DNA of 64,000 bases. Source: Paragordius varius. Taxonomy: Eukaryota; Animalia; Nematomorpha. Below the pieces are notes generated by a model. That model was not told the DNA's origin, ran no database searches, and saw nothing but the letters and a program-made list of their open reading frames with translations. The first letter of the stretch is position 1. Each line of letters starts with the position of its first letter. The stretch covers positions 6,820,001 to 6,884,000 of the forward strand of contig OZ176052.1 of the NCBI GenBank assembly GCA_964247055.1, given 5' to 3'. The position numbers and the translations under genes are program-made. Positions 10,417 through 24,100 of this stretch are shown one piece after another.

Positions 10417-10907
10417 CACGTTGACGGACAATTGCGGCTCTAGCCGTAAAAGCGAAGTTCACAATGTGGCATGACTGCTATAGCCGTCCAAAACGAAACG
10501 GTCGTTTTTAGACACTACGGCTATAGCAGCACAAATGTGCACTTATTGGCGTATACGTAGAAGCATAGTGTCGTGTTTTGAAAACATCTTTTTAGGTTGA
10601 AGTTCATATTTCACCTGTTATACGAGTTGCAGATTCAGTATGCACGTGGTTGTGAAGGGAAAAGTGCGATCGTGTTTTCTATTGAATTTATAGTTCTTAT
10701 TGATACGTTTAACGATATTTATTATTATTTATATAACTATACTGGTATGTCGGTTATAGCCGCAACCTAATTAAAGGTACTAAATTAATCAAAATTAAGT
10801 TTATTTAAGCAGAAAGAGTAAAACTATACTTTCTAACATTCTAAAAATCACAAAAACATATAGTGTCAATTTTCGAACTTCGCTTGTTCCTACTGTCCGT
10901 CAACGTG
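10417..10907. mobile_element. Non-autonomous piggyBac-type element (MITE), 491 bp
   Basis: TTAA at 10413-10416 and 10908-10911 (target-site duplication). Perfect 14-bp TIRs CACGTTGACGGACA (10417-10430) / TGTCCGTCAACGTG (10894-10907). Subterminal 11-bp inverted repeat AAGCGAAGTTC (10450-10460) / GAACTTCGCTT (10875-10885) with asymmetric 19- and 8-bp spacers. No transposase ORF. Locally higher GC/CpG. Confidence 0.85.
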
Positions 10908-11117
10908 TTAAGTTACTTACTAGTTTTAGCGTTGAACTACAATTTTTATTGTTGCATTCTCAATATTTGGTGGTAAAATGATTTCAAACATATTCATTTT
11001 GACCATAATATATTATTTGCGAAAAGTGTCCTTGAAAACTTCAATTTGGTCTTTGACACATTGGGTTAGTGCTTAAACATTTTAAATTGATCCTTAAAAT
11101 TTTTAAATTTGGATTAG

Positions 11118-12170
11118 TCTAGAGAGTTTCAGAAAATACATGTGTTTTATTGATTACAGACAAGCCTTCGATTCGATTAATTATGACTCCTTGTGGGAAA
11201 CATTAAAGTTAGTAGGGGTATCGTCCCACTTAATAAGATTGATTAGCTCTCTCTATGTAAAACAAAGCGCGATCATAAGAATCAGCGGGGGACACAGAAG
11301 AAATACCTATCTTGAAAGGAGTCAGACAAGGGTGTTGCTTATCCCTTATCTGTTCAATATGTGCACAGAAATGATAATGAGGAAGTTAGATGGTAAATCA
11401 ATAATTTAAGGTTTGCAGACGATACCTACTCTTATAGCTGAAAATGTAAATGATTTAAAGGAATTGATCGAAGAGATTCGAAAGGAAAGTTTGAGGTATG
11501 GTCTTATGCTTAACCCTAACAAAACCAAAATATTATGTACTGGAGGAAAGGCTACAATTATTATAGAGGGCGTAGAAATAGAAGTAGTTAAACAGTTAAC
11601 GTTTTTAGGTGCAGTAATTTCAGAGGATGGGTCTTCAACTCCTGACATCAGAAAGAGAATAAGATTGGGTAAAGAAGCGATGACCAAACTAATAAAGATT
11701 TGGAAAAACAAAAGCGTAGGAATTGAAACTAAAAAAAGATTGCTCTACTGTTTTGTTTTCCCGGTCACCACAGATGGTTGTGAGAGCTGGACTCTCAGAA
11801 AAAGGGACAAAGACTCATGGCTTTCGAAAGGAGCAGCTGGCGTGATGCTAGGATACACCTGGAAGGATAAAATTAAGAATGGAAATCTAACTAGAGAAAT
11901 AAAGCCTAAAACAAACATCCTTGAGATAATTCTAAAAAGAAAGTTAACATATTTTGGTCATGTCATGCGATCGAATTCTCTAGGGAAGATACAATGTTTG
12001 GGAAGGTAGAAGGACAAAGGAAACGAGGCCGACCACCGATGAGGTGGTTGGATATGATAAAGGAGGAGACTAAAATGACATTGAACTATCTCAATCTAGC
12101 GTAAAAGATAGAAGAAAGTGGAAAGAAATAGTAAAAACTATATCCAAAAAATCGTTTACGACTTAGGAAT
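11118..12170 (+). mobile_element. 5'-truncated, frameshifted RTE-clade non-LTR retrotransposon (reverse transcriptase and C-terminal region), pseudogenised
   Basis: RT motifs across shifting frames: SREFQK / MCFIDYRQAFDSI (11118-11180), GVRQGCCLS(P)YLFN (from 11318), NLRFADDT (11403-11426), YGLMLNPNKTKIL, FTFLG-like QLTFLGAVISEDGSSTPDIRKRIRLGK, GCESWTL, LTYFGHVMR, and the RTE-type terminus GKVEGQRKRGRPPMRWLD (12000-12053). At least six indels break the frame. No endonuclease domain present. Confidence 0.9.
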
Positions 12171-12180
12171 AACGAACCAA

Positions 12181-15100
12181 TTATTAATATTTTGGTCTTT
12201 CCAACAATAACCCAAGTATTTATAAATATCAAATAATATTTGTAACAATCTTTTTATGTCACCATTTATATTTAATTATTCCCAACAATCACCCAAATAT
12301 TAACAATCATTTTATATCACCCATTAATATTTATTTATTCTCAACAATCAACCATATATTTCTACCAATTATTTTATATCACTCATTAATATTTTAGTCT
12401 TTCCAACAATCAACCGAATATTTATAACAATCAAAAACTATTTGCAACAATCATTTTAGGTCACCATTAAAATTTAATTATTCCCAACAATCAACCATAT
12501 ATTTAAAAAAATCAATTTATATCACCCATTTTATATTTTAGTCTTTCCAACAATAAACCAACTATTTATAACAATCAAATAATATTAGCAACAATCCTTT
12601 TATGTCACCATTTATATTTAATTATTCCCAACAATCAACCATATATTTTTAGCAATCAATTTGTATTACCCATTAATATTTTAGTCTGTCCAACAATCAT
12701 CCAAAAATTTATAACAATCAAATAATATTTGCAACAATCATTTTATGTCACCATTAATATTTAATTATTTCCAACAATCCACCATATATTTCCAACAATT
12801 AATTTATTTCACCCATTAATACTTTAGTCTTTACAATAATCACCCAAATATTTATAAAAATAAAATAATATTTGCAACAATCATTTTATGTCACCATTAA
12901 TATTTAATTATTTCCAACAATCAACCATATATTTCCAACAATTAATTTATATCACCCATTAATATTTTAGTTTTTCTAACAATCACACAAATATTTATAA
13001 CAATCAAATAATATTTGCAATGATATTTTATATCACCCATTATTATATAATTATTCTTAACAATCAAACATATATTTGCAACAATCATTTTGTATTACCC
13101 ATTAATATTTTAGTCTTTCTAACAATCAACCAAATATTTATAACAATCAAATAATATTTGCAACAATCATTTTATGCACCCATTAATATTTAATTATTCC
13201 AACAATCAACCATATATTTGCAACAATCAATTTATATTAACCATTAATATTATACTCTTATCAACAATCAACCAAATATTAATAACAATCAAATAATATT
13301 CAATCATTTTATGCACCCATTAATATTTCATTATTCCAACAATCAACCATATATTTGCAACAATCAATTTGTATTACCCATTAATATTTAAGTCTTTCCA
13401 ACAATCAACCAAATATTTATAACAATCAACCAAATATTTGCAACAATCAATTTGTATTAACCATTAATATTATACTCTTACCAACAATCAACCAAATATT
13501 AATAACAATCAAATAATATTCAATCATTTTATGCACCCATTAATATTTCATTATTCCAACAATCAACCATATATTTTCAACAATCAATTTGGATTACCCA
13601 TTAATATTATACTCTTACCAACAATCAACCAAATATTTATAACAATCAAATAATATTTGCAACAATCATTTTATGCACCCATTAATATTTAATTATTCCA
13701 ACAATCAACCATATATTTGCAACAATCAATTTATATTAACCATTAATATTATACTCTTACCAACAATCAACCAAATATTAATAACAATCAAATAATATTC
13801 AATCATTTTATGCACCCATTAATATTTCATTATTCCAACAATCAACCATATATTTTCAACAATCAATTTGGATTACCCATTAATATTATACTCTTACCAA
13901 CAATCAACCAAATATTTATAACAATCAAATAATATTTGCAACAATCATTTTATGCACCCATTAATATTTAATTATTCCAACAATCAACCATATATTTGCA
14001 ACAATCAATTTATATTAACCATTAATATTATACTCTTACCAACAATCAATCAAATATTTATAACAATCAAACAAATATTTGCAACAATCATTTTATGCAC
14101 CCATTAATATTTAATTATTCCAACAATCAACCATATATTTGCAATAATCAATTTATATTAACCATTAATATTATACTCTTACCAACAATCACCCATATAT
14201 TTATAACAATCAAATAATATTTTCAACAATCATTTTATGCACCCATTAATATTTAATTATTCCAACATTCAACCATATATTTGCAACAATCAATTTATAT
14301 TAACCATTAATATTATACTCGTACCAACAATCACCCATATATTTATAACAATCAAATAATATTTGCAACAATCATTTTATGCACCCATTAATATTTAATT
14401 ATTCCAACATTCGACCATATATTTGCAACAATCAATTTGTATTATCCATTAATATTTTAGTCTTTCCAACAATCAATCAAATATTTATAACAATCAAATA
14501 ATATTTGCAACAATCATTTTATGCACCCATTAATATTTAATTATTCCAACAATCAACCATATATTTGCAACAATCAATTTGTATTACCCATTAATATTTT
14601 ACTCTTTCCAACAATCCTCAAATATTTATAACAATCAAATAATATTTGCAACAATCATTTTATGCACCCATTAATATTTAATTATTCCAACAATCAACCA
14701 TATATTTGCAACAATCAATTTGTATTACCCATTAATATTTTAGTCTTTCCAACAATCAACCAAATATTTATAACAATCAAATAATATTTGCAACAATCAT
14801 TTTATGCACCCATTAATATTTAATTATTCCAACAATCAACCATATATTTGCAATAATCAATTTGTATTACCCATTAATATTTTAGTCTTTCCAACAATCA
14901 CCCATATATTTATGACAATTAAATAATATTTGCAACAATCATTTTATGCACCCATTAATATTTAATTATTCCAACAATCAACCATATATTTGCAACAATT
15001 AATTTATTTCACCCAATAATATTTTAGTCTTTCCAACAATCACCCAAATATTTAAACAATAAAATAATATTTGCAACAATCATTTTATGTCAACATTAAT

Positions 15101-18100
15101 ATTTAATTAATCCAACAATCAACCATATATTTACAACAATCAATTTGAATTACCAATTAATATTATACTCTTTCCAACAATCCTCAAATATTTATAACAA
15201 TCAAATAATATTTGCAACAATCATTTTATGTCACCCATTAATAACAATTATGCCAAAAATCAACCATATATTTTCAACAATCAATTTGTATTACCCATTA
15301 ATATTTTAGTCTTTCCAACAATCACCCAAATATTTATAACAATAAAATAATATTTGCAACAATCATTTTATGTCAACATTAATATTTAATTAATCCAACA
15401 ATCAACCATATATTTACAACAATCAATTTGAATTACCAATTAATATTATACTCTTTCCAACAATCCTCAAATATTTATAACAATCAAATAATATTTGCAA
15501 CAATCATTTTATGTCACCCATTAATAACAATTATGCCAAAAATCAACCATATATTTTCAACAATCAATTTGTATTACCCATTAATATTTTGGCCTTTAAA
15601 ACAATCAACCAAGTATTTGTTATAAACAAATAATATTTTATACAATCATTTTATATCTCCCATTAATATTAAATTATTCAAACAAACAACCAAATATTTA
15701 TCACAATCAAATAATATTTGCAACAATCATTTTATGCACCCATTAATATTTAATTATTCCAACAATCAACCATATATTTGCAATAATCAATTTGTATTAC
15801 CCATTAATATTTTAGTCTTTCCAACAATCAACCAAATATTTATAACAATTAATATTTGCAACAATCATTTTATGTCAACATTAATATTTAATTAATCCAA
15901 CAATCAACCATATATTTACAACAATCAATTTGAATTACCAATTAATATTATACTCTTTCCAACAATCCTCAAATATTTATAACAATCAAATAATATTTGC
16001 AACAATCATTTTATGCACCCATTAATATTTAATTATTCCAACAATCAACCATATATTTGCAACAATTAATTTATTTCACCCATTAATATTTTAGTCTTTC
16101 CAACAATCACCCAAATATTTATAACAATAAAATAATATTTGCAACAATCATTTTATGTCAACATTAATATTTAATTAATCCAACAATCAACCATATATTT
16201 ACAACAATCAATTTGAATTACCAATTAATATTATACTCTTTCCAACAATCCTCAAATATTTATAACAATCAAATAATATTTGCAACAATCATTTTATGTC
16301 ACCCATTAATAACAATTATGCCAAAAATCAACCATATATTTTCAACAATCAATTTGTATTACCCATTAATATTTTGGCCTTTAAAACAATCAACCAAGTA
16401 TTTGTTATAAACAAATAATATTTTATACAATCATTTTATATCTCCCATTAATATTAAATTATTCAAACAAACAACCAAATATTTATCACAATCAAATAAT
16501 ATTTGCAACAATCATTTTATGCACCCATTAATATTTAATTATTCCAACAATCAACCATATATTTGCAACAATTAATTTATTTCACCCAATAATATTTTAG
16601 TCTTTCCAACAATCACCCAAATATTTATAACAATAAAATAATATTTGCAACAATCATTTTATGTCAACATTAATATTTAATTAATCCAACAATCAACCAT
16701 ATATTTACAACAATCAATTTGAATTACCAATTAATATTATACTCTTTCCTACAATCCTCAAATATTTATAACAATCAAATAATATTTGCAACAATCATTT
16801 TATGTCACCCATTAATAACAATTATGCCAAAAATCAACCATATATTTTCAACAATCAATTTGTATTACCCATTAATATTTTAGTCTTTCCAACAATCACC
16901 CAAATATTTATAACAATAAAATAATATTTGCAACAATCATTTTATGTCAACATTAATATTTAATTAATCCAACAATCAACCATATATTTACAACAATCAA
17001 TTTGAATTACCAATTAATATTATACTCTTTCCAACAATCCTCAAATATTTATAACAATCAAATAATATTTGCAACAATCATTTTATGTCACCCATTAATA
17101 ACAATTATGCCAAAAATCAACCATATATTTTCAACAATCAATTTGTATTACCCATTAATATTTTGGCCTTTAAAACAATCAACCAAGTATTTGTTATAAA
17201 CAAATAATATTTTATACAATCATTTTATATCTCCCATTAATATTAAATTATTCAAACAAACAACCAAATATTAATAACAATCAAATAATATTCAATCATT
17301 TTATGCACCCATTAATATTTCATTATTCCAACAATCAACCATATATTTGCAACAATCAATTTGTATTACCCATTAATATTTAAGTCTTTCCAACAATCAA
17401 CCAAATATTTATAACAATCAACCAAATATTTGCAACAATCAATTTGTATTAACCATTAATATTATACTCTTACCAACAATCAACCAAATATTAATAACAA
17501 TCAAATAATATTCAATCATTTTATGCACCCATTAATATTTCATTATTCCAACAATCAACCATATATTTTCAACAATCATTTTATGTCAACATTAATATTT
17601 AATTAATCCAACAATCAACCATATATTTACAACAATCAATTTGAATTACCAATTAATATTATACTCTTTCCAACAATCCTCAAATATTTATAACAATCAA
17701 ATAATATTTGCAACAATCATTTTATGTCACCCATTAATAACAATTATGCCAAAAATCAACCATATATTTTCAACAATCAATTTGTATTACCCATTAATAT
17801 TTTGGCCTTTAAAACAATCAACCAAGTATTTGTTATAAACAAATAATATTTTATACAATCATTTTATATCTCCCATTAATATTAAATTATTCAAACAAAC
17901 AACCAAATATTAATAACAATCAAATAATATTCAATCATTTTATGCACCCATTAATATTTCATTATTCCAACAATCAACCATATATTTTCAACAATCAATT
18001 TGGATTACCCATTAATATTATACTCTTACCAACAATCAACCAAATATTTATAACAATCAAATAATATTTGCAACAATCATTTTATGCACCCATTAATATT

Positions 18101-21100
18101 TAATTATTCCAACAATCAACCATATATTTGCAACAATCAATTTATATTAACCATTAATATTATACTCTTACCAACAATCAACCAAATATTAATAACAATC
18201 AAATAATATTCAATCATTTTATGCACCCATTAATATTTCATTATTCCAACAATCAACCATATATTTTCAACAATCAATTTGGATTACCCATTAATATTAT
18301 ACTCTTACCAACAATCAACCAAATATTTATAACAATCAAATAATATTTGCAACAATCATTTTATGCACCCATTAATATTTAATTATTCCAACAATCAACC
18401 ATATATTTGCAACAATCAATTTATATTAACCATTAATATTATACTCTTACCAACAATCAATCAAATATTTATAACAATCAAACAAATATTTGCAACAATC
18501 ATTTTATGCACCCATTAATATTTAATTATTCCAACAATCAACCATATATTTGCAATAATCAATTTATATTAACCATTAATATTATACTCTTACCAACAAT
18601 CACCCATATATTTATAACAATCAAATAATATTTTCAACAATCATTTTATGCACCCATTAATATTTAATTATTCCAACATTCAACCATATATTTGCAACAA
18701 TCAATTTATATTAACCATTAATATTATACTCGTACCAACAATCACCCATATATTTATAACAATCAAATAATATTTGCAACAATCATTTTATGCACCCATT
18801 AATATTTAATTATTCCAACATTCGACCATATATTTGCAACAATCAATTTGTATTATCCATTAATATTTTAGTCTTTCCAACAATCAATCAAATATTTATA
18901 ACAATCAAATAATATTTGCAACAATCATTTTATGCACCCATTAATATTTAATTATTCCAACAATCAACCATATATTTGCAACAATCAATTTGTATTACCC
19001 ATTAATATTTTACTCTTTCCAACAATCCTCAAATATTTATAACAATCAAATAATATTTGCAACAATCATTTTATGCACCCATTAATATTTAATTATTCCA
19101 ACAATCAACCATATATTTGCAACAATCAATTTGTATTACCCATTAATATTTTAGTCTTTCCAACAATCAACCAAATATTTATAACAATCAAATAATATTT
19201 GCAACAATCATTTTATGCACCCATTAATATTTAATTATTCCAACAATCAACCATATATTTGCAATAATCAATTTGTATTACCCATTAATATTTTAGTCTT
19301 TCCAACAATCACCCATATATTTATGACAATTAAATAATATTTGCAACAATCATTTTATGCACCCATTAATATTTAATTATTCCAACAATCAACCATATAT
19401 TTGCAACAATTAATTTATTTCACCCAATAATATTTTAGTCTTTCCAACAATCACCCAAATATTTATAACAATAAAATAATATTTGCAACAATCATTTTAT
19501 GTCAACATTAATATTTAATTAATCCAACAATCAACCATATATTTACAACAATCAATTTGAATTACCAATTAATATTATACTCTTTCCAACAATCCTCAAA
19601 TATTTATAACAATCAAATAATATTTGCAACAATCATTTTATGTCACCCATTAATAACAATTATGCCAAAAATCAACCATATATTTTCAACAATCAATTTG
19701 TATTACCCATTAATATTTTAGTCTTTCCAACAATCACCCAAATATTTATAACAATAAAATAATATTTGCAACAATCATTTTATGTCAACATTAATATTTA
19801 ATTAATCCAACAATCAACCATATATTTACAACAATCAATTTGAATTACCAATTAATATTATACTCTTTCCAACAATCCTCAAATATTTATAACAATCAAA
19901 TAATATTTGCAACAATCATTTTATGTCACCCATTAATAACAATTATGCCAAAAATCAACCATATATTTTCAACAATCAATTTGTATTACCCATTAATATT
20001 TTGGCCTTTAAAACAATCAACCAAGTATTTGTTATAAACAAATAATATTTTATACAATCATTTTATATCTCCCATTAATATTAAATTATTCAAACAAACA
20101 ACCAAATATTTATCACAATCAAATAATATTTGCAACAATCATTTTATGCACCCATTAATATTTAATTATTCCAACAATCAACCATATATTTGCAATAATC
20201 AATTTGTATTACCCATTAATATTTTAGTCTTTCCAACAATCAACCAAATATTTATAACAATTAATATTTGCAACAATCATTTTATGTCAACATTAATATT
20301 TAATTAATCCAACAATCAACCATATATTTACAACAATCAATTTGAATTACCAATTAATATTATACTCTTTCCAACAATCCTCAAATATTTATAACAATCA
20401 AATAATATTTGCAACAATCATTTTATGCACCCATTAATATTTAATTATTCCAACAATCAACCATATATTTGCAACAATTAATTTATTTCACCCATTAATA
20501 TTTTAGTCTTTCCAACAATCACCCAAATATTTATAACAATAAAATAATATTTGCAACAATCATTTTATGTCAACATTAATATTTAATTAATCCAACAATC
20601 AACCATATATTTACAACAATCAATTTGAATTACCAATTAATATTATACTCTTTCCAACAATCCTCAAATATTTATAACAATCAAATAATATTTGCAACAA
20701 TCATTTTATGTCACCCATTAATAACAATTATGCCAAAAATCAACCATATATTTTCAACAATCAATTTGTATTACCCATTAATATTTTGGCCTTTAAAACA
20801 ATCAACCAAGTATTTGTTATAAACAAATAATATTTTATACAATCATTTTATATCTCCCATTAATATTAAATTATTCAAACAAACAACCAAATATTTATCA
20901 CAATCAAATAATATTTGCAACAATCATTTTATGCACCCATTAATATTTAATTATTCCAACAATCAACCATATATTTGCAACAATTAATTTATTTCACCCA
21001 ATAATATTTTAGTCTTTCCAACAATCACCCAAATATTTATAACAATAAAATAATATTTGCAACAATCATTTTATGTCAACATTAATATTTAATTAATCCA

Positions 21101-24100
21101 ACAATCAACCATATATTTACAACAATCAATTTGAATTACCAATTAATATTATACTCTTTCCAACAATCCTCAAATATTTATAACAATCAAATAATATTTG
21201 CAACAATCATTTTATGTCACCCATTAATAACAATTATGCCAAAAATCAACCATATATTTTCAACAATCAATTTGTATTACCCATTAATATTTTGGCCTTT
21301 AAAACAATCAACCAAGTATTTGTTATAAACAAATAATATTTTATACAATCATTTTATATCTCCCATTAATATTAAATTATTCAAACAAACAACCAAATAT
21401 TTATCACAATCAAATAATATTTGCAACAATCATTTTATGCACCCATTAATATTTAATTATTCCAACAATCAACCATATATTTGCAATAATCAATTTGTAT
21501 TACCCATTAATATTTTAGTCTTTCCAACAATCAACCAAATATTTATAACAATTAATATTTTCAACAATCATTTTATGTCAACATTAATATTTAATTAATC
21601 CAACAATCAACCATATATTTACAACAATCAATTTGAATTACCAATTAATATTATACTCTTTCCAACAATCCTCAAATATTTATAACAATCAAATAATATT
21701 TGCAACAATCATTTTATGCACCCATTAATATTTAATTATTCCAACAATCAACCATATATTTGCAACAATTAATTTATTTCACCCATTAATATTTTAGTCT
21801 TTCCAACAATCACCCAAATATTTATAACAATAAAATAATATTTGCAACAATCATTTTATGTCAACATTAATATTTAATTAATCCAACAATCAACCATATA
21901 TTTACAACAATCAATTTGAATTACCAATTAATATTATACTCTTTCCAACAATCCTCAAATATTTATAACAATCAAATAATATTTGCAACAATCATTTTAT
22001 GTCACCCATTAATAACAATTATGCCAAAAATCAACCATATATTTTCAACAATCAATTTGTATTACCCATTAATATTTTGGCCTTTAAAACAATCAACCAA
22101 GTATTTGTTATAAACAAATAATATTTTATACAATCATTTTATATCTCCCATTAATATTAAATTATTCAAACAAACAACCAAATATTTATCACAATCAAAT
22201 AATATTTGCAACAATCATTTTATGCACCCATTAATATTAAATTAGTCCAACAATCAACCAAATATTTCTAACAATAAAATAATATTTGCAACAATCATTT
22301 TATGTCACCCATTAATATTTAATCATTACAACAATAAACCATATATTTGCAACAATCAACTTGTATTACCCATTAATATTTTAGTCTTTCCAACAATCAA
22401 CCAAATATTTATAACAATCAAATAATATGTGCAACAATCATTTTATGTCATTCATTAATATTTAATTATTCCAACAATGAACCATATATTTGCAACAATC
22501 AACTTGTATTACCCATTAATATTTTAGTCTTTCCAACAATCAACCAAATATTTATAACAATCAAATATTATGTGCAACAATCATTTTATGTCACCCATTA
22601 ATATTAAATTAGTCCAACAATCAACCAAATATTTCTAACAATAAAATAATATTTGCAACAATCATTTTATGTCACCCATTAATATTTAATCATTACAACA
22701 ATAAACCATATATTTGCAACAATCAACTTGTATTAACCATTAATATTTTAGTCTTTACAACAATGACCAAATATTTATAACAATCAAATAATATGTGCAA
22801 CAATCATTTTATGTCACCCATTAATATTTAATCATTACAACAATAAACCATATATTTGCAACAATCATTTTATTTCACCCATTAATATTTAATCATTACA
22901 ACAATAAACCATATATTTGCAACAATCAACTTGTATTACCCATTAATATTTTAGTCTTTCCAACAATCAACCAAATATTTATAACAATCAAATATTATGT
23001 GCAACAATCATTTTATGTCACCCATTAATATTAAATTAGTCCAACAATCAACCAAATATTTCTAACAATAAAATAATATTTGCAACAATCATTTTATGTC
23101 ACCCATTAATATTTAATCATTACAACAATAAACCATATATTTGCAACAATCAACTTGTATTAACCATTAATATTTTAGTCTTTACAACAATGACCAAATA
23201 TTTATAACAATCAAATAATATGTGCAACAATCATTTTATGTCACCCATTAATATTTAATCATTACAACAATAAACCATATATTTGCAACAATCATTTTAT
23301 TTCACCCATTAATATTTAATCATTACAACAATAAACCATATATTTGCAACAATCAACTTGTATTACCCATTAATATTTTAGTCTTTCCAACAATCAACCA
23401 AATATTTATAACAATCAAATAATATGTGCAACAATCATTTTATGTCATCCATTAATATTTAATTATCTCAACAATAAACCATATATTTGTAACAATCAAC
23501 TTGTATTACCCATTAATATTTTAGTCTTTCCAACAATCAACCAAATATTTATAACAATCAAATATTATGTGCAACAATCATTTTATGTCACCCATTAATA
23601 TTTAATCATTACAACAAACTATATATTTGCAACAATCAACTTGTATTACCCATTAATATTTTAATCTTTCCAACAATCAACCAAATATTAATAACAATCA
23701 AACAATATTTGCAACAATCATTTTATGTCACCCATTAATATTCCAACAATCAACCATATATTTGGAACAATCAATTTGTATTACCCATTAATATTTTAGT
23801 CTTTCCAACAATCAACCAAATATTAATAACAATCAAATAATATTAGCAACAATCATTTTATGTCACCCATTAATATTTAATTATTCCAACAATCAACCAT
23901 ATATTTGGAACAATCAATTTGTATTACCCATTAATATTTTAGTTTTTCCAACAATCAACCAAATATTAATAACAATGATATAATATTTGCTACAATCATT
24001 TTATGTCACCCATTAATATTTAATCTTTACAACAATAAACTATATATTTGCAACAATCAACTTGTATTACCCATTAATATTTTAATCTTTCCAACAATCA

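Noticed and set aside
11406-11711. Minus-strand ORF 11406..11711
   Set aside because: Antisense to the RTE reverse-transcriptase remnant.
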